From the NCBI RefSeq assembly GCF_009914755.1, contig NC_060926.1: 64,000 nt of DNA. One strand, 5' to 3'. Both the position numbers and the translations under genes were made by a program. Below, one piece after another: positions 29,399 to 44,760 of this stretch; the first letter of the stretch is position 1, and every line of letters starts with the position of its first letter. Below the pieces are notes generated by a model. The model had not been told where the DNA came from and made no database searches. It worked only from the letters and a program-made list of their open reading frames with translations. Origin of the DNA: the human T2T-CHM13v2.0 reference genome, Homo sapiens.

Positions 29399-32300
29399 AA
29401 AACCCAGTGAGTTACACACTATTATCTTCACTCACCTTTCACAACCAAGGAAACTGAGGCCCAGGGAGATATGTTCCTGAACTAATTTGAATGTGATTAC
29501 ACAAAGAGTCAGTGGCAGATCCGGAATTTCAACTCAGGTCTGCCTGACCCTCCAGTGTCCTAAGGAGCCCTGGATCCCTCTGAGGATGATAAACATTGAA
29601 GAGGAAGTTAGTAAACTAATATGAACAGTGGTAACTTGGAATAAGAAGCATGTGACCACCATTAATACTCCTGGGTCTGATTCCTATATGCAAATATATG
29701 CCAGTGGGCATTCAGCAGAGCTTCAGATGTCAACCGCAAACCCATGTGACTTCTGCTCCTTTATGTAACCCAGCCCCTCTGCTTAGCTCTTCCAAGAGAA
29801 GATAAGTCATAGGCATGAAAGACAAGTGCAAAGACCATGGGAATCACACTCACAGGGCTGAGTCCTAGGGCATTACTGTGCAGTAAATTCTCCATGCCCT
29901 TGGAGGTGGGCAAGATTCAATTGCAGGATGGAGAAAATATCGGCGGTGGGGGAATTCAGTATATTTGTTGCATGCTTCCCTTTGCACTGAGCCTTTAGTA
30001 ATGAGTATTGTCTGCTGCAGTACCTGTGTCTTCTCCTGGAGCTAATTGTTCTACCAGGGCTTAAGAGACAGCCTGAGGCCATCCAGTCTGCTCTGTAAGA
30101 GTTAATATGGTCAGGAATAGGAAGCACAGGAAATTTTAGAAAGGGCAGCATAGGAACACCTCAGCATTCATCAAACAAACTGGCATGGTGTTGAGAGTGT
30201 GAGTCTCAAGGGGCCTTGAGAACCCTCGTGTTTAGAACGTGGCCCATGTCATTCTCACACATATGGTCCTCAGACCATATTTTAAGAGGCACTGGTTATA
30301 ACAAGAGAAGCAAACAGATGACCTTCTAGTCTACAATCAGACATTGATAAAGATCATGTAGTTTTGTCCAGGTTCTTTAGGAGGGAGCCCTGTGACCAAT
30401 TAGAAAATTCTTGGTAACCATAACTTACAATAGATCATATCTGACACAAAGTTGGTGTACAAAGTAAAACTTAGAAAAGACAAAACAGGTGCCACATTGA
30501 GGGCCCCAAACGCATAGTGGGATAAAGACATTTATAGGCTTTAATCACTGCAGATGTTATGGTAGCCCTCTTACATAAATCAAACAAAAACAAGACTAAA
30601 CCATAAAGTGAGCATAAGGAATTCCAACAAAGTTCAGATTACTCCCATAATGACTGCTTTGATGCATTTCATGATATTTCAAATTTCAAACTTACAAATG
30701 CTGTTTTCCCTCCTGAGAGGAGTGAGGGCTGCCTCCTGGTCCCCTCAACACACATGTAATCTGTCTGTTTGGTTGTTGACAGTATTGCAACCCCAAGGAC
30801 CTTTGGCGAGGGGGCTGATACAGCCTACATCTGCTGGGAGAGGAGGTGAGGGGAGAGATGTAAAGTTTCCCCTATTTTGAGAAACTACCTGGAACCTGCC
30901 ATGGAAATGAGGTGTCAGCCCACCATCCCTTTGCTTTTTCACCAGCGTAGGTTCTAGGCCCAGCCCAGGGAGGCACAGTGAGGGTTAATGTACTAAGGCA
31001 CTGGAAGGCTCTTCATGAAAGGCCCTATGTAAGGATAAAGTATCATCATGAAGTTGGAGGATTTTATTTCAGCCTCCTCATTGTGTTCTTGACAGTACAT
31101 ACTGTGAGATTGACATTTTTAACTTCTTTGCTTGCCCCAAATAAAAAGTGCTGAGACAGAGGAGGTGGGAAAAGGGAACGGGTGTCGGGAGCCGTAATCT
31201 TCTCCTGACTTTGATTTTACACAAATCCAATGCACAAAATTGAAGTCCAGTTTGCCAGCTGGGGTCCAGCAATACTACTTTAAGGATTTATGTAAATTCA
31301 TTAAACTACAAGATGCAAGTTGCATTCCTTTTAACCTGCGAACAGAGTCTGCCTGAAACCAGAGCCTGGAGGAGGCAGGGGATATGACTGTGTGGAAACT
31401 GAGAGTGCAATGAATTTTGTGTGCCCCGATTGTCTAAATAGATAGACTCTGAGTCCAATTTTCACCTGATTCTGGGAGGCCATTAAAATCAGTTGATAAT
31501 ACTAAGAAATGGAAGAGGATAAGAAAAGGAAGAGGATGGGGACAGCCACTGACTTTCCCCTGTGTGAAACCTGGCTTATTGTAATCAGCGCCTGCCCTGA
31601 ATGGTGTTGACAGTGGGTTCCCTGTAGTCCCTAAAACACACTGAGGCTTGACGCATAATAGCCCCTGACCCCACCAGATCATAATAGTCCCAGACGACCA
31701 CGCTAGGATGTGATGAGGAGCTCCCAGCAGATAACATGCAAAGATGCCCCAGGGAAGAGGCAGGGATGCTCTGCTTTTCCTTGGTGGCCCCAGGGAACAG
31801 ACTCTTCAGGCTCTGGTGGCCCTGCTGCATTTGCCCAGATGGCCAGCAGAGCCCTGGGCTGATTACTCAGCCAGCCCCTGAGTTCCTCCTTTCATGTTGA
31901 GAAAGCTTTTTAGTTAAAACGACAAAAATGGGAGTGGTGGCAAGGAAGGTGGCTCAGGGGTCTGCTGGAGTGGGCTGGAGTTGCATTTTCTTCTTTCCTT
32001 TTTTTTTTTTTTTTTTGGAGGCACACACACAAGCACATGTGCACACACATAATATAAATTCTTTGCTCTGATCACCTGATATTTTAAGCTCCAGAAACAG
32101 CTTATTTTTGTGGCAAATATGCTTCAAGGGCCCTTCAGAAAAGGCATCCTTACAGATCAGAGGAAGAGTGAGTCAGCCCTAACCCAACAGTCTGTTCCTA
32201 ACCCAACAACCCTGGAAAGTCAACAGAAATGGCAGAAATTGGGTAGGGGCAGCCAGAGGAAAGTTGCCAGCTCAGGTGCAAAGAACACCTGTCCAGGCAC

Positions 32301-34886
32301 AGGGCCAGGGCTCTAGGGGTGAGCAAGGCTGAGATGCAGCTGTAGGCTTTTCCATGTCCAGCGTGGGGACTGCTCCCTTGCCTTGGCCTGACAAAGAGAG
32401 AAAATGGTCATCATCCAGGCAGCCACAGCGCATGTTTACTCTTTCTCCCGGGAAAAATTGCCTGTGCTTTCTCCAAACTCAGGCAAAGCCCACTGTGGTT
32501 TGGAGAAATGGTCATTTGTCCAAGAAACCACAGTATTAGAATTCTCTGCACTTCCCCTGAGACGCCAGGAAAGTCCAAGGGACCTGACCCTGGGCTATTA
32601 GGCAGGAGCCTCTTGGCTCTGTTGTCACTGCTGGCTTAAACTTTACACCTTAAAGAAATCCAGGGTGATTGATTTGAAACACATTGAACCTTTTCCAGGT
32701 ACAATAACCATTGTTCAACCTACAAATCTACTGGATTTGGGAAATTATTTTAAATGACAGCCTTCTATTAACAAAGGAGAATAACCACTCAATTTATCAG
32801 TTGCCACTTATTATTTTGACTGATTATAAGAACATGAGTCCTATCGGTTAGGGTCATGAGAAGTTATTGCTAGCTTCCACATTTTCAAGCATTCCATATT
32901 TTGAAATTGCTTAATTCTACGGCCAGTGCCTTCTGAATAAATATAAAAATGATAACACTTCTTATTTTATAAGAAGAGTGTAGACAGTATAGTAAGGAGG
33001 CTTTTGAGTGTTACAATAGCAATAGAATACATTTGAAATGAAGTCTTAGGTTCCATTCGGTTCCATAAACAGCTCAGAGGGTGATGTCCCTGGGTAACGT
33101 CCTACAGCCCATCCTACCAGCCCTCTCCTACTGCTGCTGGCCAAATCGGCAGAGAAATTGCAGACAGGGCTGGATGAACTGAATTAAAGTACATTCTTCT
33201 TTCCCTGTCCAGCTCATCCCTTATTGACTCCTGAGCTCTTTTGACCCATAGCAACCATCTGATCTCTTAACGATAAACATGGACTTGCATGTTCACATTT
33301 GCTTTTTGTAGGCCACTCTCACTCCAAGCCAGACTGTGGTCACCTTGATGCAGAGACCCTCTTCTATGCCTCAGTAGTTCCCTCCATGCTAGCATGGTGC
33401 TAGCCATGTACAGCTGTGTAAACAGGTTTATTCCAACTGGAAAAGGAGATGAAAGTCACAGTAGGCCTAAAAGGTAAGGCAAAATAGGTAGATTTGACAC
33501 AACTTGGGCTTCCAGCTACAGACTTGAATGGGTGATGAGGAAGTGGGAAGGCAAGGCTCCAGGGCCTAAGGTCCAGAAACTTGGCTGCCATTCTTTTCTT
33601 TGTTCTTCCCATTCTTTTTTCTTCAGCTACTCCTCTTCCAAGCCACTTGTTTAATAAAGATTGTCATATCTGCCTCCTCTCCTAGAGGCAATCAGCATCA
33701 CTTAATAGTGGTGAAAAATACATGGGGTGTTCACAGAAAATAATATATTACTGTGTAACAAAGGGCAGGTAAGCTTGAAGGGTACATGAATCTACTAATC
33801 TTTGAAATCATTAATTTGTTATTTATTATTGAATGTGCTTATTCATTCACTGAGTCATTCACCAAACATTATATGGAACAGTATACAATTTATACCACAA
33901 ATCCTCACTGCAAACATATAGTACTTCAGGTTCTATGTATATTTTGCAATCTGAATGCCTATAGAACATTCTGTGGGTGTCTACTGATTGGGAGACACAA
34001 TTGAAAAATACATTGAAATATTTCCACCTCTGTTTTGATAAAAAAATAAAGTCAAAGCATAGGCGCTGTTTGTCTGAGTGAGAGGGGGTAACTAAGATTG
34101 TACAGAACTGGAAAAGTTAGGACAATCTGAAAATAAAGTGCAGCTAATTGAACATGATACACTAATCTCTTGGATACAGAGAATTCAGTTATTAGTGGAA
34201 ACCCAGTTCATCAATGGAAATGTAATTGTTGACAGAGCATGAACTATGATTGACATGAGGTCAGAAAGTCCAAAGGTCGCAGGGTTAGTGATTCATATCA
34301 GCTTGTCAGAGCCTTTCCTGTAATACACTCCATACTTGGAAACCAGAGTGATTGGAACATGCTCTCCTTTCATCTCAGAGATGAGACCAGTTTCCACCTA
34401 AGCCTCTGGTATTTGGACTTGGGCTGGTAAGGCAACTCATAGAAATGCATTCCCAGAAGCAGGGAACCTTCCCACCCCCAACATCAAACTTCCATACCAA
34501 CACCAAATTATGTCCAGTCCCCAGGAGAGACTCATCTCACCCTAGGAGGGGGCAGTGGGTGATATGCCCAGGGCTTCCTGCTAACTTTGGCCCCAGGGAC
34601 TGCTGAAGAATGCACCACCCCTGTGGTGAGAGAGAAGGAAGAAAAGAAGGAAAGGACATTCTAGAATTAATGTGGTGAGGTTGTGGGTAGAATGAAGGCC
34701 CAGGGTTGTTCTGTAATACACATGAATACAAAAGTACCTGGTCTGGCCTGGAAGACAGGGACTCCAGGAAGACCCCTATAGCATTGTAATGTTTGGGAGC
34801 ATTATCACATTTAGCTCTGGTTTGCTCCCTAGATATATTCCCTATTTTACCATTATTTCCCTGTTCTCAGCAGTTTGTTCTCTTTT

Positions 34887-35109
34887 TTTCTTCTTTTTTT
34901 TAATAGGATTTTTAAATTATTATTATTATACTTTAAGTTTTAGGGTACATGTGCACAACGTGCAGGTTTGTTACATTGTATACATGTGCCATGTTGGTGT
35001 GCTGCACCCATTAACTCGTCATTTAGCATTAGGTATATCTCCTAATGCTATCCCTCCCAACTTCCCCCACCCCACAACAGTCCCCAGTGTGTGATGTTCC
35101 CCTTCCTGT
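34887..35109 (-). mobile_element. Severely 5'-truncated L1PA (L1PA4/5-like) 3' end
   Basis: attatactttaagttttagggtacatgtgcac...ttccccttcctgt. TSD tgttctctttt (34876-34886, 35107-35117) followed by aa, the TTTT/AA endonuclease site. Confidence 0.92.
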
Positions 35110-35779
35110 TCTCTTTTAATTCATTGCCCTCATGTTCAATTTCCTTTTGATCTATATGTATGAGCGGCCAAGTATATGTGAAGTACTGCAGGAACCATCC
35201 AGAATGTCTCTGCTCCCTGTCCTCTTAACCAGATGGAAAAACAACCGCTCTTGGTTTCCAAACCCTCTCCCCATTCATTATTCCATGGCTTCATTTGTGA
35301 CCCTTCCAGGTGGCTTAGAAAAGGCTTCATAGAAAACCACCTAAGACGACCCAGCTCCAGCACTGAAAGTCAAGTGTCCTTTCCATCTGGGCAAAGCAAA
35401 ATGGTTGGTCACCCTAAGCCTACTACAATTTCTATTAGCAACTTCTCAAAATCTCAAAAATAAGAGAAAGAAAATCTAAAGGAAACAATGTGCTCCTATA
35501 CTAGTTGCCTAACACCATCTAATTGCCTCTAATGGTCCCTCCCATGTAAAGATTCTGTGTGGTTTCCTCTATATCTTGTTGACTCTAGTTCCTATGGTAA
35601 CAAACCTCTGCTCCATTCATCTCCATTTGTCTTGCCACCCTCCCTTTCTTCAGCATCTTCCCTTGCACCCTTGCAGTGACCCCATCTATCCCCCATCTAT
35701 CCCTGTAAAAGACATTTGGCAAATTGTGCAGTCTTTACAAAGTGATGCCGTGTTGAGCCTTTCTGGGAAAGTACAATCT

Positions 35780-36188
35780 TTCAGCCTGGAACTAACCCTG
35801 GGGAAGACGCAGACATGCACTGCATGGGTCCCTTGTCGGGGAGCAGGAAGCCTCCAGCTGCCAGCTCCCTCAGGCTTTGCCTCACCCAAGGACCCTTCTT
35901 CCCCAAGTGGCCTACAACCAGTTACTGATCCATGTAGGAGCATAAACGCCAAGAAATCCCAGACTGATTCCAGTCACTCCAAGGGGCCATACTCACTCCA
36001 CAGTATCCTGCAGGATTGGCTGTGGCTCTGTCGTGCCTGACCCCAATGCACGTCTCCTATGTTCAGTCCTGAATTCTTCCCCTCCCTCCCATGGATGTCT
36101 CTTCTGAAACAATATACAGCAATGTCCTTATTCAATCAATACGCAGTCTCATTTCAGTGTCTGCTTCTAGAGAACCCAGTCTGCGTCA
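35780..36188 (+). mobile_element. ERVL solo LTR, LTR16-like
   Basis: ctgccagctccctcagg body and 3' terminus tcagtgtctgcttctagagaacccagtctgcgtca resemble LTR16 ends. Confidence 0.65.
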
Positions 36189-36419
36189 TGACCTCAAGAA
36201 CTTTAAGTACCAAAAGGAGAAGTTTGGTTTCTCCAGAGTCCACAGTAAAATCTGTTTGTTCTTAGATAACTGGAACACTGACTCAGGGTAAGAAATTAAA
36301 ATCTGGAGAGCCACACAATGAGCTCTGGTAACCCAACAAATAATCTGTTCTTAAGAAACACATACTTAAAGCAGAGCAGAGTAGCAGCTTAGACAATTAA
36401 ATAAGATATATAAGGCCAG

Positions 36420-36690
36420 GTAATAATAACAGTAACCGTAATGGTCATAAACATTTGGATAGCACTTAGGATATGCCAAACACCTTTCATAGCCCTTTAC
36501 ATATCTTAACTCATTTAATCTTCACCATAATCATATGAGTCAGGTACTTTCATTATCCTATTTTCCAACAAGGAAACTGAGGCACATACAGGTTGAGTAA
36601 TTTGCTAAAAATTGCACAGCTACTGAGTGGGCAGAGCTAGGGTTTTAAACTCTAGCAACTGTCTCTAAAGTCTCCACCAAACTGTAATTG
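36420..36690 (-). mobile_element. MIR SINE
   Basis: ttaactcatttaatcttcac...aaggaaactgaggcaca...agtaatttgc. Confidence 0.8.
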
Positions 36691-36845
36691 TATGTTAATG
36701 TAGTGTATGTACTCTGACTATAGACTTATAATGAAACTAAAGAAGGAGGTTTGTCCGTAAGTGAGAAATCAAGCAATCAGGAATCTGGAGACACATAGAA
36801 CTCAAAGGGTCAGGTCAAAATGGAACATGAGAAGAGTGAATCACA

Positions 36846-36885
36846 GCAGAGACTTTGATTCTCTGGCAGAGACTTTGATTTTCTG
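36846..36885. repeat. 20-bp tandem duplication
   Basis: gcagagactttgattctctg / gcagagactttgattttctg, one mismatch. Confidence 0.95.
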
Positions 36886-39556
36886 GCTGGATTCTGGCCC
36901 AGACTCCACCCTTCTTTTGCAGGGCAGGAGGCCAGTTGAGGGTTGGCCAGCATAGGTCTGCATGTGAAGGCAGATAAGTAGGTGTCCCTGGATAGAATAA
37001 AGGATTTAGATGCAGGAATGCAGACAGGTTTTGACAGAGATAGGAAATAAAACTGACTCAGTGGAAGGGAAACAAGCAGTAAGATTCATATCCTCATCCA
37101 ACCCATGGCAATAAACACTGCCCTCCATCATCAACAGGCTGCATCAATATTTCGATGACATTCCTTTTTCCTTAAATAAGGAAATCCTCTGTGTTAAACT
37201 GAGGTATACCCAGGCCCAATTTCAACCCCCCATTTTAATGTCCCTCTGGGTATCACATATGTACCTTTCTCTCCCCATTATAGTTCTGCAAACATAATTC
37301 CTTAAATTTCCAGCAAATAGGATTCATAAAGAATACATAAATATTTTTGGCTTTCATACATGTCTACACAAAAAATAGAGATGATTGTTTTCTTTTACTT
37401 TTATTCAACTGTGGTGCTGCAGAGAAGCTAGACAAACCAGTGGCCCGTCATTAGCACATCAATCCAAAGGTACAGGGTAAGCCATAGATTGTTCCCCAAT
37501 ACTCAGGAGGCCACTGTCTCCCAGCTTCCTTTCGGGAATTGTTTACTCATCCATGAAGTTACTGCTATGCTGGGATAATCCAGGTCACTACGGCTTCTTG
37601 GAAATTAATTTTTAAGCCCCATTCTACCTCCTGACTCTCTGCAGGAGAAAATAGAAGAAAAGATAGAGATAAATAAATTTTTTAAAAATCCTATGTTGCA
37701 AATTATTTATACTTCAAGTCTTTGGTCAAGGAGGATCTAAACTCCTGCACCTCTGGTTTCTCTGAGCTCTGTGTATTATTCAGATGGCTGTGGAAATTGA
37801 ACCCCAGGCTAAAGTCATAGAAGGGAAAATAGCTATTTTCTCTTTTACCATGGAAACTCTCTGCACCATGGGGTGCTAAGAAGAAATGGACAGCTTTAAT
37901 AATTTGGGGGGATGTCTGCCTCTACCTTAGCCAACATAATGGAGTTATGGTATAGTATAAATCATGGGTGTCTAACTCAGGCTGCCTCTCAAGGGTTCAG
38001 GGAAGCCTCGTACTCACTTAGAACAAATCAGCATGGTTTATTCCCAAGACAAATTAAGCATTTTCCCCACAAGCTTTAATCACCTCTGAGTACCCTAGAA
38101 GACGCAGTGCACAGGTCCTCAGAGAGAACATTTGTGCATTTGTGGACAGACTTTGGTTTTGCATGTGAAGCTTCCATCCCAAATACAAAATCACACCATC
38201 AAAGACATTCATTATTTTGTAAGATTATGTCTTATGAATATATATTCAGTACAAAGTTTCTCTCTCTCTCTTTGGAGGAGAGTTTCGGAAATGAATAGCT
38301 CCAAACTCAACAGCTACTTGCAATCAGTTCTGGAAACCCTAAGTGACAGCTTGTTTCTTCCCTTTTCTTCCAACCTCCTTCCTCTTTCCCTTCCTCTTGC
38401 TCATCTTTTTAATATGACTTAAGTAAGGAAGAACTTAATGATATCTACCTTAGTCCCTAACAGTTTTTTCAGAACTCTGTGTCTGAAAGAATGATCTCAT
38501 CACAAATTAATCCTCCATTGCTCCTAAAATAAATCTGTATAGAATGACGACATCTGTTTCCAACTCTACAATATGAGTTTAAAAAAAATCTTAAAAGTAA
38601 ACTTGGGAAGGAAATGTCTCAGATGCATTTGAGTTCCTGGTGAACAGCATCAAAAGGCTTTATGCTGGTAAGACAGGGCCAGAGATGGTTATCTTATTGG
38701 ACACCTGTGCCTCATCCCCATCCACTTCCTGTTGTAAGGGATTCTTCCTATGGAGAGTGAAGAACATGTTGGCTAATTTAAGTCCCACTGTTCTTCTTGG
38801 TGGAATCTCAATGGCTGTCCTGAGCCCCAGGTGTCAGTTTGGGAATGCATTTTCACAGGGCAGGCATCTGGCCCTGAGTCCTTGGCAAACCAACTGTGAC
38901 AGGTTCCTCTGACAGCTGCAGTGGCAGGGCTGGGCCTCCAGGTGATTAAATAATCCTGCTTTCTGGCCCAATCATGTGTTTGGATTGGACCCATTTCCCT
39001 GGAATGGGGCTGAACCAAACACAGCTGCTGCTCACTGACCACAGTGAGGTGTCTATGGGCTGAGCACTCCCCACCCTAAAATTGTGAAATGTCCCTTTTT
39101 CTTTCTCAGACAACTCAAACCTTCAGTTATCACAGACATGCCCCTGGAAATATAAGAACCTCCATCTGTCTGAAATGGAGCTGAAATTTCACTTTTCGTT
39201 GTAAGTATTGTTAAATTTGATAGCTCTGCTTTGAAAAGCAGGGGCCATTTCTAACGTTAGCTAGAAATATTCCTTTCTTTCAATAGTAGTAGGCATGCCC
39301 ATGCAATACACATTTGACTACATGTGTACACCAGATGAAGAAATGGATCAAGAGGATGTATACTCAATGTATTTACATTTTCCAAAGATATGACACCACG
39401 TCCTGGAGAAAAAAATTAAAATACCTCTTTGTGGTGAAGCTTAGTGTTGCAGACACACAAATATCAATGGCCTCCTACTGAATAAAAACACACATTCATA
39501 GCAGGTGGGAATTCAATTTCACAATAGTAAAACTGCTGTGAGGGGATTCTATAGAC

Positions 39557-39738
39557 CAGTGGTTTTTAAAGTGTGGTCTCTAGACCTGCAGCACCAGCAC
39601 CATGCAGGAGTCTATCAGAAATGCAAATTCTCAGGCCCAACCCCAGACCTACTGCATCAGGGACTCTGTGGGTGAGACCCAACATTGTTCCACAAGTGCC
39701 CCAGGTGATTCTGATGGATGCTAAAGGCTGAAAACTGT
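39557..39738. mobile_element. MER5A hAT-Charlie non-autonomous DNA transposon
   Basis: cagtggtttttaaagtgtggtc...agaaatgcaaattctcaggccc...ccccagacctactg...caggtgattctgatg. Confidence 0.85.
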
Positions 39739-40529
39739 CCTGGCTGAAACGGGCTAGACATGATCAGACTGGGGGAGTGTGAGGATTGCTCTGGAGAATT
39801 TTTCATGCATGCTCTGAATAATCACTCCAGCGTAATTCACTCCTCCTTCAGCTAGATCTAATCCATGCTGCCATTCTCTCCTCAAGGGTGTTACTATCAG
39901 TTAATTCCCTGCTTCTATACAATTTTACCCCCTCACACACACATGCACGGTAGTAATCAGTGCTTTGCTGTAGTATGGGCAGTTTGGCAGACATCCAAAT
40001 GCATCAACTCATCATGAATTCTAATCAAAGTGTTTCCAAGGGGCAGACATAAATGTCCCCATTTTACAGATGGTAAAAACCTAGCTTGTCTATTAGCGTT
40101 TCGATTAAGACAACATAAAGATAGTTCTGGCTTCACCCTTTGTTATAGTGAATAACATATTTCCAGTTTCCTGGTCCAGTCAACCTGATATAAAATCTGG
40201 AACCTCAAATACTCTCTCTAAAGCCTTCACTCAGCCTTGACCAAATTGAAGGTTAGGGTAGGGATATACTGTTTTTTGTTCAAGATGTCTCCAGCCAACT
40301 AATAAGAATTTTCACTGACAAAATTGTTTTGCAGAACAGCATTTGTGGTCATACCCCCTGTTTCTGAGGTCATGTTGACCCAGGCATCTTTATTCAATTC
40401 TAACAGGAGTTGTAAACTGATACAACCTTTCTGGGAAGCAATTAGGCTATTATTTGATTTTGTAATGATACTTCTTGGAATTGATCAAAAGGAAATAAAT
40501 AGAACAGAGATGATAAAAAAAAATATATA

Positions 40530-40963
40530 TGATATGATGTGGATGTTTGTCCCCTCCAAATGTCATGTTGAAATGTGATTCCCAATGTTGGAGGTAGGGC
40601 CTGGTGGGAGGTGACTATATCATGGATCCCTCACCTCCTCATGGACCGTCATTCATGGATCCCTCATGAATGACTTAGCAACTCCCATCCCTTGGTGGTG
40701 GGTGAGTTCTCACTGTGAGTTCACATGAGATCTAGTTGTTTAAAAGAGCATGGCACTTCCCCCTCATCCTTGCTCCTGCTATGGGATATGCTGGCTACCC
40801 ATCACCTGTTGCCTTGATTGGAAGCTTCCTGAGGCCTCTCCAGAAGCAGATGCCAGCACCGTGGATTCCTGTAAGCCCTGCACTGCTGTAAGCCAATTAA
40901 ACGTCTTTTCTTTATAAATTACCCAGCCTCAATACTCCTTTATAGCGATGCAAGCCTAATACA
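40530..40963 (+). mobile_element. ERVL-MaLR solo LTR, MSTB-like, inserted in an old L1M fragment (about 40405-41140)
   Basis: tgatatga...cctaataca with perfect 5-bp TSD atata/atata. Internal short duplication of catggatccctca. Confidence 0.9.
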
Positions 40964-41139
40964 ATATATAAGGAAGTTCTCTATCATGGAGTTTGTAAAA
41001 GTTCACATAAAATGGGCAAGGTTAAACAAACTGTAGTTCTTCCATAAGATAAACTATAACATAGCCATTTAGAAGCCAACTTTTTAGCACAAGTTATTAA
41101 ATAGTAGTCATAAGATAAAGTCAAATGAAAATGGCATGA

Positions 41140-41447
<308 letters not shown>

Positions 41448-41797
41448 TGTGTGGGTAAATGGATTAAGAATTATTTTCATATATTTTCCATAATAAATAT
41501 GTTACTTTTATACATGGAGGAAAATAATGTTTTTTAATAGGAGATGTGGTTTCCATATTCCTAGGATAGTTCAGGTAATTAGAAGTCTCACACATGCACA
41601 CACACACATAAAATGAGCTAAATTTATTGCTAAAAAATATTCTCTTAAGAAAGCTCTGCACTTTTCAGATGTTGGGGAAATGTAGTCAAGGTTTGGACTC
41701 CCTCCTTGGCAGTCAATTCTGACACTGAAAAGTAATGTATCCTGAGAGGCAGTGCCTAGCCTGAAGCCCCACTGACAAAGGGCCAGGCAGGGTTTCA

Positions 41798-42550
<753 letters not shown>

Positions 42551-43019
42551 AAAATGAGGGCAAAATAATTTGTTATTTGCAAACAGTTTAGGAGACATGT
42601 TTAATGCAGTTTTAAAATGGGAAGAAATAATATTAAATACAAACTATGTCCTAGGACACTTTTCATACAGGTTTCATTACATCAAACCTGGAAAAAACTA
42701 TTATCTCCATTTTATAGGTGAAGGAATGGGGATCCATAGACACTAGCTGGATTGTCAACTTAAACACAGTCACTTAATGACACAGATCAAGGCCATGTTT
42801 GTCCAAATCAAAGCCTGTGCTTTGCACACTCTATTATCTACTACCTCTGATAGCTTAAGTAGTTTGAAACATCTTGGTTGAGTCGGGAATGCAGGTCAGG
42901 CCTTTTACTTCTTGTTTACTATTCTCTTGAAATGAACATCACAAAATATCATTTTGTCATGGATTATACACCACTTCCATTAGATTTTTTCCAAATATTT
43001 CAAGAAGTTAATGATATAA

Positions 43020-43250
43020 AATTACAATTATTGAATGTATAATATGTATTAGACATGTGTCAGTCACTTTACATATGTTATTTCATTTACTAGTTTTCAT
43101 AACAGCAGTCCTATGCATTATTCATGCTCTTTTACAAATGAGGAAACTGAGACTCAGAGGGGTTAATTATCTACCCCTACTCACAGGTAGGAAGCACCAA
43201 AGGCAGAATTCAAATGATCTGTTGGACCTCAAAGTCTGTGCTCTTATTTT
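43020..43250 (-). mobile_element. MIR SINE
   Basis: ttttacaaatgaggaaactgagactcagaggggttaatta MIR core. Confidence 0.8.
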
Positions 43251-44141
43251 TTCTATTCAGAAATATTTCTAGAGAAAGAGATTCCACAAGCTCCTTCCAT
43301 CTCTTAGTCTGGCATCAAGTTTATGTGTTTTGGCAAAAATAATATCTTGGCATGGTGCTGATCATTAAAAAAGAAAAAGTGAGAACAAGCACTATTGGCC
43401 TTTGTAAGGGTCTGGGATTAAGTATGAACAGATATTAGAGATAATGGGCAGATTTGGCGTTTCCTTCTCAACATCTTTAGCATAAAGTTCATTAGGAGCT
43501 GGGGTTTTCAATAGTAAAAGTTCATTCAGTTACAATGAACTCAGACTCTTAGTAGAATCTCATTCAATACTTAAGTATTAATGACCAACTGAAGCCAAGT
43601 GATCTCTAGGTATCTAAGCACCTCCCTCAGAGGGTCCAGCCTGCCAACACAAGTCCACGTGATCTGCGGCCCAATAATGTCCACCCTGAACCCTCAGTCA
43701 CTTCCTTCCTTCCTTCTGCTTCCGATTCCTGGCCAGTTCCTGAAGCCCCCTGTACTTGACGTTGAGATTGACCTCCTTGAACTCACTCACCTTCAGACCT
43801 AATGCTTGCTGTGGGTGATTTACCATAGCCTCAGCTGCCTCTCTGAGCCATCACTCTTACTTATTACTGGGTCACATATTATTGTATCAACTTCAGGAAA
43901 AGAGGTAACAGGTCATCGCTCAAGGACAGTGCTACCAATGGGTTCTCCTCCAACAAATGTGACTCAGGCATCTTCACATAGATGTGAAGCACTGTGTGGA
44001 GGATGCTGGCTAGTCCATGTCCAATTTGTCTTCTCTTAATCTTTGTGAGCAAAGTGGTGGCGTGAGCAGATGGTTGCTATGTTGACACAAGAAATCTGGG
44101 GTACAATCATTGGCACTTGATCCCATCTTAAGACAGCAATA

Positions 44142-44142
<1 letters not shown>

Positions 44143-44186
<44 letters not shown>
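44143..44186. repeat. (CA)22 microsatellite
   Basis: Perfect dinucleotide run. Confidence 0.97.
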
Positions 44187-44188
<2 letters not shown>

Positions 44189-44569
44189 ATTTAGGATAGG
44201 CAGGTAGCGTGAGTGAGGAATAGGGTGGGGCTGCAATAGAGAATGGTGGGGACTACGATGAACTGGAAAGGGCATGGCCAGCAAAAGGCATTTGGATCTA
44301 CAGTTCTTGAACACTAAGCAGGCAAAATAAAAGAGGTCTGCAGCCAGTTCAGAATCTCTGAATTGGACAGTCTATCTTTTAGCCCTGACTAAGTATACTC
44401 CTAGCAAAACTTGAATTCAGAGAAAGTCGAGGTAAAGGACTCACGCGAGGGGTGTGCCCTGCCCTAATCTAGCAGGCTACCTGACGTCCTCACCTTTTCC
44501 CTTCATAAAGCAAAAGGCTGGCACCATTTTCACTATGATATCAGTCATCACATTTTTCAGAACAAGTAA

Positions 44570-44760
44570 TGAGTAAGCATGAGAGGCCGGGAGCCAGATT
44601 GCCAGGGCTGGAATGCTGGCTCCACCACCAAGATCGTTCCTCAGTCAAGCCTCAGGCCTGCAAAATGGAGACCAGTGGCACCATCCTCTCAGAGGGTTGT
44701 TGTGAAGTGCTCAGAACAATGCCTGGCACTTACAGAGGTTGTGTCAGGTAATAATCATTG
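44570..44760 (+). mobile_element. MIR SINE with internal deletion
   Basis: ggagccagattgccagggctggaat...agggttgttgtgaag...cagaacaatgcctggcac. Confidence 0.7.
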
